Assembly (NCBI GenBank): GCA_964633975.1
Contig: CAZWKX010000001.1
Location: 63,969-127,968 of the forward strand
Direction of reading: 5' to 3'
DNA from: an uncultured Acidimicrobiia bacterium
Lineage (GTDB): Bacteria; Actinomycetota; Acidimicrobiia; Spongiisociales; UBA11373
DNA: 64,000 bases
Both the position numbers and the translations under genes were made by a program. Below the pieces are notes generated by a model, which was given only the letters and a program-made list of their open reading frames with translations, had not been told where the DNA came from and ran no database searches. This document shows, piece after piece, positions 53,688-63,932 of this stretch. Position 1 is the first letter of the stretch, and every line of letters starts with the position of its first letter.

Positions 53688-54614
53688 TCACGCCTCCAGT
53701 AGGCGTCGCGCCGCCGCGACGTCCAAACGAATCTGCGCCGCGAGCTCCTGCATTCCGGAGAAAGTGACCTCGGGCCGCAGTCGGTCGATGAAGTCCACAC
53801 GCACCTCGCGGCCGGGAAGGTCGGCCTCCCGGTCGAGCAGATGCACCTCGAGTACCTCCTCGCCACCTCCAAACGTGGGCCTCACCCCGATGTTGGCCAC
53901 GCCCGGGCCCATGTCCTCCCCGAGCGGCGCCAGGCGCACCGCGTACACCCCGCGCCCCGGCACGGCGATTCCCTGGGGGAGCTCCACGTTGGCGGTGGGA
54001 AAGCCGATCTCCCGGCCACGACCCTCGCCGGCAACCACCAATCCGCGGACCTCGTGTGGGCGCCCCAAGGCGGCCGCGGCGGCAGCGACGTCTCCCCGGG
54101 CCACGGCGCTGCGAATACTCGTCGACGACGGCGGGGGGTCACCGCCGGCCAATGGCGCCACCTCGACGGAAAAGCCGCATACGTCCCCGAGTGCGACCAG
54201 CGCGGCGACATCGCCGGCACGCCTGTGCCCGAAGCGGAAGTTCTCGCCGACCACGACGACGTCCGCTCTCATCGCGCCTGAGAGCACTTCGCCGGCGAAC
54301 TCCGCCGGCGACAGCTGGCGTACCTGCTCGTCGAAGGGAAGAACGGCAACCACGTCCACCCCCAGCTCGGAGAACAACTCGATCCTCCGGTCCAGAGTCG
54401 TGAGGAGCTCCGGGACGTGCCCGGGCGCCAGCACACTCGACGGATGCCGATCGAAGGTGACGATGACCGCGTCCCGCTTCTTGCCGGCGCGCCGGCGCAG
54501 GAGATCAATGACCAGCTGGTGACCGAGGTGCACACCGTCGAACACGCCCACGCTGACGGCTCGTCGACGCGTCCCCTCCTCCCAGGATTCGTACGGGCCG
54601 CGGACGACCTTCAT
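53688..54614 (-). CDS. ribF: Bifunctional riboflavin kinase / FMN adenylyltransferase
   Basis: 308 aa. N-terminal FAD-synthetase motifs (VSVGVFDGVHLGHQ). C-terminal riboflavin-kinase domain (GFPTANVELP...GVYAVRL...PTFGGG). Its stop overlaps the truB start region. Confidence 0.9.
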   Translation of the reverse strand: MKVVRGPYESWEEGTRRRAVSVGVFDGVHLGHQLVIDLLRRRAGKKRDAVIVTFDRHPSSVLAPGHVPELLTTLDRRIELFSELGVDVVAVLPFDEQVRQLSPAEFAGEVLSGAMRADVVVVGENFRFGHRRAGDVAALVALGDVCGFSVEVAPLAGGDPPPSSTSIRSAVARGDVAAAAAALGRPHEVRGLVVAGEGRGREIGFPTANVELPQGIAVPGRGVYAVRLAPLGEDMGPGVANIGVRPTFGGGEEVLEVHLLDREADLPGREVRVDFIDRLRPEVTFSGMQELAAQIRLDVAAARRLLEA

Positions 54615-55510
54615 CCCAGAACCACTTCGGGACGGGCCCGCCGCCCTTCGAGGCCGTACACGGCCAGCAGCTCACCCGATTCGTTGAGCACTCGATGCGG
54701 GCCGGAGACGGGGCTGTGAACCCCAAGGACGACCGACGGGAACACGGCTCCGTGGCTCACCGCCCGCGCCGTCTCACCGCTCACCCGCACGGCGGGAAGA
54801 TCACGCAGGCCCGCGGCGGCATCGATGATCAACGATTCCGCCCTCCTCTCACCATCAGCTTCCTCGATCTCGGGGATGCCGTGTGCCTCGTCAACGGCGA
54901 GCGAACCGATACGGTGCCGCCGCAGGGAGCTCAGGTGCGCTCTGCCGCCGAGGGCGCGGGCGATGTCGTCGGCCAGGCTACGCACGTAGGTACCGGAGCT
55001 GCATCGCACCCGCAAGGTGACCTCCGGATAGTCGCACGGCGAGAAATCGACTATGTCGAGATCGAAGACCCGCACCGTGCGCGCCGCCCGCTCGATCTCC
55101 CGGCCCTCGCGGGCCAGCTCGTAGAGCCGCCGCCCTCCCATACGAACGGCCGACACCATCGGTGGTATCTGCTGAATGGTGCCCACAAACCGGCGTGAGG
55201 CAATGCACACCTCCTCCTCGCTGACCGGCATCGGCTCGCGCAGCAGAACGGCGCCGTCGGCATCGAGGGTATCCGTGGCGACGCCCATGACCATGCGGGC
55301 CACGTAGGTCTTGGGAAGCTGCTGAACGTACCGAAGCAGCCTCGTTGCCCTCCCCATCGCAAGCACCAGCAGCCCGGTCGCCATCGGGTCGAGAGTCCCG
55401 GCGTGGCCGATCCTGCTCTCCTCGAGCAGCCCGCGGATGCGGGCGACGACGTCGTGTGAAGTCCATCCTCCCGCTTTGTCGACGAGGAGGAAACCCTCAG
55501 CCACGGATAC
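54611..55510 (-). CDS. truB: tRNA pseudouridine(55) synthase TruB
   Basis: FLLVDKAGGWTSHDVVARIR...GHAGTLDPMATGLLVLAMG (catalytic Asp motif). The ORF extends to 55615, but a GTG at about 55510 is taken as the start. The exact start is uncertain. Confidence 0.85.
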   Translation of the reverse strand, partial: VSVAEGFLLVDKAGGWTSHDVVARIRGLLEESRIGHAGTLDPMATGLLVLAMGRATRLLRYVQQLPKTYVARMVMGVATDTLDADGAVLLREPMPVSEEEVCIASRRFVGTIQQIPPMVSAVRMGGRRLYELAREGREIERAARTVRVFDLDIVDFSPCDYPEVTLRVRCSSGTYVRSLADDIARALGGRAHLSSLRRHRIGSLAVDEAHGIPEIEEADGERRAESLIIDAAAGLRDLPAVRVSGETARAVSHGAVFPSVVLGVHSPVSGPHRVLNESGELLAVYGLEGRRARPEVVLG

Positions 55511-56465
55511 GGGCCCTGATGCCGGCGATGATGTCCTCGAGTGCACCATCGGTGTTGAAGCCGGCGGCATTGTGATGACCGCCTCCACCCTCGGCCGCGG
55601 CGATCGCACCGACATCGATCCTGCCTCGGGAGCGCAGGCTCACCTTCCACCCGGCCGCGAGCTCCTTGACGAGGGCGGCGACCTCCGCCTCCCGCGCGAT
55701 GCGCAAATGATCGATGAGGAGGTCGAGGTCTTCCGGTCCCACCTGGGCACCGCTCAGATCGTCCTGGTACAGCACCGACCAGACGAAGCCGGGATCCTGC
55801 TCGAGCCGGGCCCGGCCCATCACCGCCGCCGAGACCCGGAGGTAGCCAAAAGGAACCCATTCGTAGAGGTTCCGACCTACTTCCTCGGGCCGGGCTCCAG
55901 CTTCGACCAGAGCGGCGGCTACACGAAGCACCTCCGCGTCGGTGGAGGAGTACTGGAACCGACCCGTGTCGGAGACGATGCCGGTCATCAAAGCCGTGGC
56001 AACCTTCGCTGTTACCGGCCAGCCGAGCTCACCGATGAGATGAAAGACGAGCTGGGCTGCGGCGGCCGCCTCGGCATCGACGACGATGATGTCGCCGAAC
56101 CCCTTGTTGGTGATGTGGTGGTCCACCACAACGAGAGTGCCGGCTCGCTCCGCCGCCCCGGCAAGCTCACCGAGCCGATCGGCGGCGGCCACATCGAACA
56201 CGACCATGACCTCTGGCTCTTCGGGGAATGCACTGGGAGGCACCAGGACGCTCAGGTCGAGGAAGTCGTAGGCCTCGCTCACCACAAACGGCGATCCGAA
56301 GGATGCCACCACCCGCTTGCCGGCCGCAGAGGCGGCGTGTGCCACGGCAACCACAGAGCCGAGGGCGTCGCCGTCGGGTGATACGTGGCAAGCCAGCGCC
56401 AGTTCGTCGGCCGAGCCGATGAGCTCAGCGGCCCTCCTCAGAGCCCTATTCGTCGCCTGCTTCAC
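55497..56465 (-). CDS. nrnA: Bifunctional oligoribonuclease / pAp phosphatase NrnA (DHH family)
   Basis: 322 aa. DHH motifs CHVSPDGDALGS, VVDHH and the DHHA1 GGGH region (GGGGHHNAAGF). Conserved rbfA-nrnA-truB order. Confidence 0.85.
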   Translation of the reverse strand: MKQATNRALRRAAELIGSADELALACHVSPDGDALGSVVAVAHAASAAGKRVVASFGSPFVVSEAYDFLDLSVLVPPSAFPEEPEVMVVFDVAAADRLGELAGAAERAGTLVVVDHHITNKGFGDIIVVDAEAAAAAQLVFHLIGELGWPVTAKVATALMTGIVSDTGRFQYSSTDAEVLRVAAALVEAGARPEEVGRNLYEWVPFGYLRVSAAVMGRARLEQDPGFVWSVLYQDDLSGAQVGPEDLDLLIDHLRIAREAEVAALVKELAAGWKVSLRSRGRIDVGAIAAAEGGGGHHNAAGFNTDGALEDIIAGIRARIRG

Positions 56466-56811
56466 TTCGCTCTTCTCCTAGCTCTCGCAGAATGCGTTCG
56501 ATCCGCATTCCTCGCTCGATGGCAGCGTCGGGTTCGAAGTGCAGCTCCGGCAAGTACTTGAGCCGCACTTGGCGGCCCACAACAGCCCTGATCCGGGACG
56601 CCGCTCTCCGCAACGCGGCTCCGGTTTCCTCGGCCTGAGCTTCGTCGCCGAGCACGGAATAGTAAACCTTGGCCCGGCGCAGATCGGGTGTGGTGTCGAC
56701 CCCCGTGATGGTCACGAAGCCGAGGCCGGGATCCTTGAGCCGCTCCACCTCGTCGGCGATGACCTCACGGAGCACCCCGTTGACCCGCTGCATACGCGGT
56801 CCCCTCGTCAT
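56446..56811 (-). CDS. rbfA: Ribosome-binding factor A
   Basis: MQRVNGVLREVIADEVERLKDPGLGFVTITGVDTTPDLRRAKVYYSVLG is the canonical RbfA core. The N-terminal 48 codons of the six-frame ORF were discarded (junk composition, overlaps DUF503). Confidence 0.85.
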   Translation of the reverse strand: MTRGPRMQRVNGVLREVIADEVERLKDPGLGFVTITGVDTTPDLRRAKVYYSVLGDEAQAEETGAALRRAASRIRAVVGRQVRLKYLPELHFEPDAAIERGMRIERILRELGEERSEAGDE

Positions 56812-57098
56812 TCTTCCTCCAGATAGGAGACGCCCATCTCGAGCAGCTCCACGTCGGGGTGGTCCGCAACGGCCCGCTGCACTGCGAGGATGACCCGCTC
56901 CAAGTGCCCGGCCTGCGCACCGACGAGAGCCGCGCCCAACGTCGCCCGACGCCATTGATCCTGGAATCCCACCTCGGCCACGGCAAGGGGAAAGGCCGAG
57001 CTGAGCTGGCTCATGAGCGCCTTGAGGACCCTCCGCTTCTCTTTGAGAGAGCGGACCGAGGGGATACGCAGCTCGAGTCTGAGCGCAGCGGCGTACAT
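56808..57098 (-). CDS. DUF503 (YlxP-like) protein
   Basis: 96 aa MYAAALRLELRIPSVRSLKEKRRVLKALMSQLSSAFPLAVAEVGFQDQWRRATLGAALVG..., matching the DUF503 pattern. Sits between infB and rbfA as in many bacteria. Confidence 0.8.
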   Translation of the reverse strand: MYAAALRLELRIPSVRSLKEKRRVLKALMSQLSSAFPLAVAEVGFQDQWRRATLGAALVGAQAGHLERVILAVQRAVADHPDVELLEMGVSYLEEE

Positions 57099-57105
57099 GG
57101 CACCG

Positions 57106-59109
57106 TTAGCTGCGGACGATCTCCCGGACCTCGTACGCTTCCAGGATGTCGCCCTCCTTGATGTCGCGGAAGTTCTCCAACCCGATGCCGCACTCGAAAC
57201 CGGCCGCAACGGAACGCACATCGTCCTTGAAGCGGCGCAGCGACCCGACGGAGCCGTCGTAGGTGACGACGCCGTCGCGAACGAGGCGGATACGGGAGTT
57301 CCTCGTGATCTCCCCCTCGGTGACATAGCAGCCGGCCACCATTCCGAAACGCGGAGCCCTGAAGGTGGCCCGGACCTCGGCCACACCCAGGATCTGCTCG
57401 ATCTCCTCGGGAGCCAGGCGGCCGACGAGCATGGCTTCGATGTCGTCGAGCAGCTCGTAGATAACCCGGTAGGTGCGCACCTCGATGCCGGACTCCTCGG
57501 CGGCGCGGCGAGCCTGGGTGTCGGGACGCACCCCAAACCCGAAGATGATGGAATTGGTCGCCTCGGCGAGCAGCACATCGTTCTCGGTCACGCCTCCAAC
57601 CGCCGAGTGCACCACGGTGATACGACCACCCGTGCGAACCACCTTGGCCACCGCCTCCTTGATGGCCTCCAGCGAACCATAGGTGTCGGCCTTGACGATG
57701 ATGCGGAGCTCGGCCTCGTCGGCCGTGCGGATGTCCTCCAGGAGTGATTGCAGCCTCTCGGCTGCAGTCGGGACTACGAGGTCCCGGCTGCGGATCTCGG
57801 CCTCACGCTCCCCAGCGATGGCCCGGGCGTGGCGATCGTCCTCGGCGACGGCAAACCAGTCCCCCGCCTGCGGCACTTCGTCCCAGCCCATGGTGAGCAC
57901 CGGGGTGCTCGGGGTAGCCTCCTTCAACTCGTTCCCGTTCTCGTCGAACATGGCCCGCACCCGGCCCGAGACGGCACCGGCCACGAGGGCATCCCCGCGG
58001 CGAAGTGTGCCGCGCTGAACGATCAAGGTGGCCACCGGCCCCCGGCCCTTGTCCAGCCGGGCTTCGATGACCGTTCCGGAAGCCGGAACGGTCGGGTTGG
58101 CCGAGAACTCCTCAAGCTCGGCTATCAGGTCCAGGTATTCCAGAAGCTGCTCGACACCGTCGCCCTTGAGCGCTGAGATCTCGGCACTCACGACGTCGCC
58201 ACCGAGCTGCTCGACGACGAGCCCGTGCTCGGTGAGCTGAGCCCGCACCGAGTTGGCGTTGGCAGTGGGCAAATCCATCTTGTTGATGGCCACCACGATC
58301 GGCACGCCGGCGGCCTTGGCATGGCTGATGGCTTCGACCGTCTGTGGCATCACACCGTCGTCGGCGGCCACGACGAGCACCACGATGTCGGTGACCTCGG
58401 CGCCTCGTATGCGCAGCGTGGTGAAGGCCTCGTGGCCCGGCGTATCGATGAATGTGATCTTCCGGCCGTCACGGCTCACCTGGTATGCGCCTATGTGCTG
58501 GGTGATGCCACCGGCCTCATCGCCGACAACGTTGCTGCGCCGGATGGTGTCAAGCAGCTTGGTCTTGCCGTGATCAACATGGCCCATGACGGTCACGACG
58601 GGCGGCCGCGGCTCGAGATCGGAGGGATCGTCCTCGTGAACCTGCTTGGGGCGCACCAGCGGTTTGCGCTCCACCTCCACCTCGGGCGCCTCCTCGATGA
58701 CCGCCTCGAAACCGAAGGCCTCCGCAACGGCCGCCAAATGATCGACCGGTATCGGCTGAGTGGCTCCCGCCATCTGCCCGCGTTCGATGAGCGTCTTGAC
58801 GACGAGCCCGACGGGCCGGCGCGCCTCCTCGGCGAACTCGGCAACGGTGATCCCCTTGACGAGCCTGATCTTGCGCCGGGCCGGCTCGACAGGCGCCGCC
58901 GGCTCCACCGGCGCCTCGACCGCTTCCTCCGGTTCGGGCTCGGGCGGCGCCAGCTTGCCTTCCTCTTCGTAGGAAAGGTGGATAAGAGCTGCGGCGTCGT
59001 CGTCCAGCCCTGAAGAAGCGGTTTTCACGTCTATGCCGAGCTCGGCGGCCCGCGCCAGAACGTCTTTCGACTCCAGGCCCAGCTGCTTCGCCAGCTCGTA
59101 CACGCGCAT
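57106..59109 (-). CDS. infB: Translation initiation factor IF-2 (short, 667 aa form)
   Basis: GTPase G-motifs [24 protein letters not shown] and NKMD, followed by the domain II-IV beta-barrels. The N-terminal region is short compared with most actinobacterial IF-2. Confidence 0.95.
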   Translation of the reverse strand: MRVYELAKQLGLESKDVLARAAELGIDVKTASSGLDDDAAALIHLSYEEEGKLAPPEPEPEEAVEAPVEPAAPVEPARRKIRLVKGITVAEFAEEARRPVGLVVKTLIERGQMAGATQPIPVDHLAAVAEAFGFEAVIEEAPEVEVERKPLVRPKQVHEDDPSDLEPRPPVVTVMGHVDHGKTKLLDTIRRSNVVGDEAGGITQHIGAYQVSRDGRKITFIDTPGHEAFTTLRIRGAEVTDIVVLVVAADDGVMPQTVEAISHAKAAGVPIVVAINKMDLPTANANSVRAQLTEHGLVVEQLGGDVVSAEISALKGDGVEQLLEYLDLIAELEEFSANPTVPASGTVIEARLDKGRGPVATLIVQRGTLRRGDALVAGAVSGRVRAMFDENGNELKEATPSTPVLTMGWDEVPQAGDWFAVAEDDRHARAIAGEREAEIRSRDLVVPTAAERLQSLLEDIRTADEAELRIIVKADTYGSLEAIKEAVAKVVRTGGRITVVHSAVGGVTENDVLLAEATNSIIFGFGVRPDTQARRAAEESGIEVRTYRVIYELLDDIEAMLVGRLAPEEIEQILGVAEVRATFRAPRFGMVAGCYVTEGEITRNSRIRLVRDGVVTYDGSVGSLRRFKDDVRSVAAGFECGIGLENFRDIKEGDILEAYEVREIVRS

Positions 59110-59148
59110 TACTCAAGCTCCTCGACGGCTCATTGTGCCACGCCTCTC

Positions 59149-60369
59149 TCAGTCCTCAGGCGAGCCGTCGCCCTTCTTCTCGTTTGTCTCCTCGGGCTCG
59201 CCTGCAGGCTCCGGCTCGCCCGCAAGCTCGGCGGCGGCCTCCGCCTGATCCGCCGGCTCGTCTGAAGGAGCGATACCGGCCTCGGGCTCCTCCGCAGGCT
59301 CGTCGGGCTCCTCCGCAGGCTCCTCCGGCTCCTTCACAGAGATCTCCGCTGCGTCGGCCGACTCGGCGCCGGTCTCGGGTTCTGCTCCGCCCTCTTCGGA
59401 CGCGCCTCCGGCATGCTCGGTCTCAGACTGAATGTCGATGCGGTAGCCACTCAGGCGAGCAGCCAGCCGTGCATTCTGGCCTTCCTTGCCGATGGCCAGG
59501 GACAGCTGGTGATCGGGAACCACGACGACGGCCTCCATCTCCTCTTCGTTGAGGATGACCTGGCGCACCTTCGCCGGGCCCAGCGCCTCTGCGATGAACT
59601 GCCGAACATCGTCGCGCCACTCCACGATGTCCACCTTCTCGCCGCGCAGCTCGTTGACCACCTGCCGCACCCGAGAGCCGCGTGCCCCAACGCACGCTCC
59701 GACGGGATCCACGTTCGGGTCGGTCGAAGACACTGCGATCTTGGTGCGGTGTCCGGCGTCGCGAGCAATGGCCCGAATCTCGATGACCCCCTCGACGAGC
59801 TCCGGGACCTCCAGCTCAAAGAGCCGGCGTATGAAATCGGGATGGCTGCGGCTTACCACGATCTGTGGGCCCTTGGTCTCGCCGCGCACCTCGAGGATCA
59901 GCGCCTTGACGCGCGCGCCGCGTTCCAGACGCTCGTAGGGAATCCTCTCACCGGAGGGCATGACCGCCTCGGCGTTGCCCAGGTCGAGAATGATGTAGCG
60001 ATGGTCGGACTGCTGGACGATGCCGGTGACCAGGTCCCCCTCCCGCCCTTCGTAGATGTCGAACACCTGTGCCCGCTTGGCGTCGCGTAGACGTTGCACG
60101 ATCACCTGCTTCGCCGTCTGCGCCGCAATACGGCCGAAATCCTCCGGCGTGTCCTCCCACTCGGCGACGACGTTGCCGTCCTCATCGAGCTCTTGGCCGT
60201 AGACCTTGATCTCACCGGTATCGGGGTCGATGGTCACGCGCGCCTCCTCGGCGGCGCCGGGGGTGCGCTTGTACGCCGACACCAGCGCATTGGCCAGAGC
60301 GTCGAGGATGGCGTCTGCGGGCACTCCCTTGTCGCGCTCCAGAGCCATCAGCTCTTCCATGAACTCCAT
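59149..60369 (-). CDS. nusA: Transcription termination/antitermination factor NusA with acidic C-terminal extension
   Basis: 406 aa. N-terminal domain, S1 and KH1/KH2 (…GQNARLAARLSGYRIDIQSE…). Then a Glu/Pro/Ala-rich tail. Confidence 0.95.
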   Translation of the reverse strand: MEFMEELMALERDKGVPADAILDALANALVSAYKRTPGAAEEARVTIDPDTGEIKVYGQELDEDGNVVAEWEDTPEDFGRIAAQTAKQVIVQRLRDAKRAQVFDIYEGREGDLVTGIVQQSDHRYIILDLGNAEAVMPSGERIPYERLERGARVKALILEVRGETKGPQIVVSRSHPDFIRRLFELEVPELVEGVIEIRAIARDAGHRTKIAVSSTDPNVDPVGACVGARGSRVRQVVNELRGEKVDIVEWRDDVRQFIAEALGPAKVRQVILNEEEMEAVVVVPDHQLSLAIGKEGQNARLAARLSGYRIDIQSETEHAGGASEEGGAEPETGAESADAAEISVKEPEEPAEEPDEPAEEPEAGIAPSDEPADQAEAAAELAGEPEPAGEPEETNEKKGDGSPED

Positions 60370-60372
60370 CGT

Positions 60373-60855
60373 CTACCTCACTTGCGGCCTCTTTGGGGCC
60401 TTCTCCCACCGGAACACAGTACGCGCCGATTTCACCGCGCTCAGCGGAACGAGCCTCTCCTCGTCGTCTACGCGGACCGTGATCGCCTTGCCGTCGAACG
60501 CCTCGAGCACACCCTTGTGGACTCGCTCCCCGGAGACGGGTTCCCCGGTCTTGACGACCACCTCCCGTCCAATCGACTTCTCGTAGTGGGCCGGCCGCCG
60601 CAGAGCGCGCTCCAGACCGGGCGAGCTCACCTCGAGACGATACGACCCCGCCACCGGATCCTCGACGTCGAACAGGCGCGAGAGGCCCCGCGACACCTCG
60701 GCGATTCGATCTACGTCGACCCCTCCCTCGGCGTCGACGGTGACCCGCACCAGGCCACCACCCACGACGAGATCATCGAGTACGACGCCCTCGGCCGCCA
60801 GGTACGACTCCACGAGCTCCCAGAGCCGCCCGTTCGTGTCGCTCATCTTCCTCAT
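60373..60855 (-). CDS. rimP: Ribosome maturation factor RimP
   Basis: 160 aa. Conserved position immediately upstream of nusA. Typical RimP length and composition (…YRLEVSSPGLERALRRP…). Confidence 0.9.
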   Translation of the reverse strand: MRKMSDTNGRLWELVESYLAAEGVVLDDLVVGGGLVRVTVDAEGGVDVDRIAEVSRGLSRLFDVEDPVAGSYRLEVSSPGLERALRRPAHYEKSIGREVVVKTGEPVSGERVHKGVLEAFDGKAITVRVDDEERLVPLSAVKSARTVFRWEKAPKRPQVR

Positions 60856-60972
60856 CCCTCATAGAAAAAGTGGGCACATGAGCGCCCACTTGATGCGTCC
60901 ACTCAGTTGCGCGGAGTATACCAGTGTGGCCCTTGGCGACCGCCCCGTGCTCGGAGGCCCGGTATTCGCGCT

Positions 60973-62685
60973 CTAGGCGCGTTCGGCCGCGACCATCTCG
61001 GCCACTCTGGCCACGGCATCGCCCAACGGGACCTTCTCGACGTGGGCGTCGCGGCGGCGCACCACCTCGACGGCACCGTCGGCAACACCCCTATGGCCCA
61101 CATCGACTCGGTAGGGAATGCCGATCAGCTCGGCGTCGGCGAACTTCACCCCGGCTCGCTCGGCCCGATCGTCGATGATCACATCGACGCCGGCCTCTCG
61201 AAGACCGTCATAGAGGCCCTCGGCTGCGGCGACGACCTCTTCGTCGTCGCCTGTGACCACGGTCACGGCCGCTTCGTACGGGGCCACGCTCACCGGCCAG
61301 ACGATGCCGGCTTCGTCGTGATGGGCTTCGACGATGGCGGCAACGGTGCGGCCCACACCGATGCCGTACGACCCCATGACGACGGGCCGCTCCCGGCCCT
61401 CGGCGTCCAGAACCGTGACACCGAGGGCGTCGCTGTACTTGGTGCCCAGCTTGAAGATGTGGCCCACCTCGATGACCTTGCGCAGCTCGAGCGGCGATCC
61501 GCACACCGGGCAGCCCTCGCCGGCCTCGACCCGCCGCACGTCGAGCCAAAGGTCGATGGAGATGTCGCGGCCCACGTCCACGCCGCGCAAGTGCCAGTCG
61601 TCCTCGTTTGCGCCCGTCACCATATTGACCCGGCCCTGCAGCGCCGGGTCGGCGATTATCCGGTAGCCGGAGACGCCCACCGCTCCGAGGCTGCCGGGAT
61701 CGGCGCCGAGCGCGTCCTTGATCTCTTCCGCCTCCCCGGACCGCACACCCTGGGTGCCGAGGCCGTCGATGAGCTTCTGCTCCATGACTTCGTGGTCGCC
61801 ACGCAACAGCACGAGCGTGAGCTCACCGTCGATCACATAGGCCATGGTCTTGATCTGGCTGGTGGCCGGGGCGAAGGCTTCAGCGGCGGCCAACCCGGCG
61901 ATGGTGCGGATGCCGGGGGTCGGAAACCGCTCGGGACCACCACTCCAGGCCTCGTCTTCGACGGGAGCCGAGGTCGATGATGCCCGCTCCAGGTTGGCCG
62001 CGTAGTCGCCGCGAACACACAGCGCCACCGTGTCCTCTCCGGCGTCACTCTCCACCATGAACTCGACCGACTCGGTTCCACCCATCACCCCCGACGAGGC
62101 CTGCACGGGCACGGTCGCCAGCCCGCAGCGGTTGAAGATGCGCGTGTAGGCGCCGTGGTGGTTGTCGAACTGGAGGTCGAGGCCGTCGGCGTCGAGATCG
62201 AATGAGTAGGAGTCCTTCATGATGAACTCCCGGACCCGCAGCAGCCCTCCCTTGGACCTGGGCTCATCGCGGAACTTCGTCTGCAGGTGGTACCAGAGCT
62301 GTGGCAGCTCCCGATACGAGGACATCTCGGCGGCGAGCAGAGCGAACACCTCCTCGTGGGTCATGGCCAGGAGCAGATCGGCCCCGCGGCGGTCCTGGAA
62401 CTTCACGAGGATTCCCTCGACGTCGTCCCAGCGGCCGGTGCGCTTCCAGACGTCGCCCGGGTGCACCACGGGCAGCAGGAACTCCTGACCCCCGATGCGA
62501 TTCATCTCGTCGCGGATGATCGCCGAGACCTTGGCCGAGACCTTCATGCCGAGGGGCAAAAGCGAGTATGACCCCGCCATGAGCTGCCGGATGAATCCGC
62601 CGCGAACGAGCAAACGGTGGCTCGCCGCCTCGGCGTCGGCAGGGTTCTGACGCAGGGTGGGAATAAAAGCCCGCGACCAGCGCAT
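60973..62685 (-). CDS. proS: Proline--tRNA ligase
   Basis: 570 aa. Class II aaRS motifs (…RVREFIMKDSYSF…, …GCPVCGSPLELRKVIEVGHIFKLGTKYS…), with INS editing domain and anticodon-binding domain. Confidence 0.95.
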   Translation of the reverse strand: MRWSRAFIPTLRQNPADAEAASHRLLVRGGFIRQLMAGSYSLLPLGMKVSAKVSAIIRDEMNRIGGQEFLLPVVHPGDVWKRTGRWDDVEGILVKFQDRRGADLLLAMTHEEVFALLAAEMSSYRELPQLWYHLQTKFRDEPRSKGGLLRVREFIMKDSYSFDLDADGLDLQFDNHHGAYTRIFNRCGLATVPVQASSGVMGGTESVEFMVESDAGEDTVALCVRGDYAANLERASSTSAPVEDEAWSGGPERFPTPGIRTIAGLAAAEAFAPATSQIKTMAYVIDGELTLVLLRGDHEVMEQKLIDGLGTQGVRSGEAEEIKDALGADPGSLGAVGVSGYRIIADPALQGRVNMVTGANEDDWHLRGVDVGRDISIDLWLDVRRVEAGEGCPVCGSPLELRKVIEVGHIFKLGTKYSDALGVTVLDAEGRERPVVMGSYGIGVGRTVAAIVEAHHDEAGIVWPVSVAPYEAAVTVVTGDDEEVVAAAEGLYDGLREAGVDVIIDDRAERAGVKFADAELIGIPYRVDVGHRGVADGAVEVVRRRDAHVEKVPLGDAVARVAEMVAAERA

Positions 62686-62723
62686 GATGACTCCTCGGTC
62701 GGCGGGAGGATAGCCTCCCGCAG

Positions 62724-63932
62724 TCAGTCGCCGGTTGCTGCTTGGGCGACCGCGGCCCGACGTTCGGCGACGCGATTGGCGTCACCCTGCTCGGCGAGGA
62801 GCCGGGCCGCCTCCGCAGCCGCCTGCTTCTCAGCGCCGGCATCGGCAGCGGCGAGTCGCTGCTCCTTCCCTTCCTCGACCAGGCGGCGCGCCTCTTCGAG
62901 CAGCGCCTCGATCATCTCACCCTCCGGCACGACCCGAACCACGCGGCCCTTGATGAACAGATGACCCTTGCCCTTCCCCGCGGCAATCCCGATATCGGCC
63001 TCACGCGCCTCACCCGGGCCGTTGACCACACACCCCATGATGGCCACTCGGATGGGCAGGCTCTCCTGCTCCAGGAGCTGCTTGGCCTTCTCCACCAGGC
63101 CGATCACGTCGACCTCGGCTCGGCCGCAGGAGGGACAGGCGATGAGGTCGAGGCCGCTGAGCTCGCGCAACCCGAGCTGCTCGAGGAGGCGTCGCCCCGC
63201 TTCGGCTTCCTCAACGGGATCGGCGGTCAGCGAGAAGCGGATGGTGTCTCCGATGCCCTCGAGCAGCAGCGCTGCAATGCCGGCGACCGATTTCATGAGC
63301 CCCGCCGGCGGCGGACCGGCTTCGGTAACGCCCAGGTGGAACGGGTAGTCGACCCGCTCGGCGAGGAGGCGATAAGACTCGACCATGGCCGGAACGTCGG
63401 AGTGCTTCACCGACACTTTGATGTCGCCGAAGCCAAAATCCTCGAGCAGGTGGATCTCCCGGAGAGCCGATGCCACGAGCGCTTCGGGTACCGGACCGCC
63501 GAAGCGCTCGAGAAGGTCCCGGTCCAACGATCCGGCGTTCACCCCCACCCTGATCGGGATCCCCCGCTCGGCAGCAGCGCGCGCAACCGCCTCGACGTGC
63601 TCGGGCTTCCGCAGGTTGCCCGGGTTCAGACGCAGGCCGGCCACCCCCGCCTCCAGAGCCGCCAAGGCGAGGCGATGCTGGAAGTGGATGTCGGCAACGA
63701 TCGGCACGGGCGACCGGGGCACGATCTCCGCCAGCCCCTGTGCCGCATCGACATCGTTGCAGGTGATGCGCACGATGTCGGCGCCTGCGGCGCTGAGAGC
63801 GTATACCTGGGCCAAAGTGGCGTCCACGTCGGCAGTCCTGGTCGTCGTCATCGACTGCACCGTGACGGGGCTGCCGCCGCCCACGGGCACGTTCCCGACC
63901 ATGACGCGACGAGAGGGGCGCCGCCTGGTCAT
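62724..63932 (-). CDS. ispG: 4-hydroxy-3-methylbut-2-en-1-yl diphosphate synthase (flavodoxin), IspG/GcpE
   Basis: 402 aa. VGNVPVGGGSPVTVQSMTTT near the N-terminus. TIM barrel plus C-terminal [4Fe-4S] domain (CPSCGR, GCVVNGPGE). Confidence 0.95.
   Translation of the reverse strand: MTRRRPSRRVMVGNVPVGGGSPVTVQSMTTTRTADVDATLAQVYALSAAGADIVRITCNDVDAAQGLAEIVPRSPVPIVADIHFQHRLALAALEAGVAGLRLNPGNLRKPEHVEAVARAAAERGIPIRVGVNAGSLDRDLLERFGGPVPEALVASALREIHLLEDFGFGDIKVSVKHSDVPAMVESYRLLAERVDYPFHLGVTEAGPPPAGLMKSVAGIAALLLEGIGDTIRFSLTADPVEEAEAGRRLLEQLGLRELSGLDLIACPSCGRAEVDVIGLVEKAKQLLEQESLPIRVAIMGCVVNGPGEAREADIGIAAGKGKGHLFIKGRVVRVVPEGEMIEALLEEARRLVEEGKEQRLAAADAGAEKQAAAEAARLLAEQGDANRVAERRAAVAQAATGD

Noticed and set aside
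56808-57578. 256-aa minus-strand ORF overlapping the infB 3' end.
   Set aside because: Only its last 96 codons (DUF503, after the infB stop) are real. The upstream part is an alternative frame of infB.
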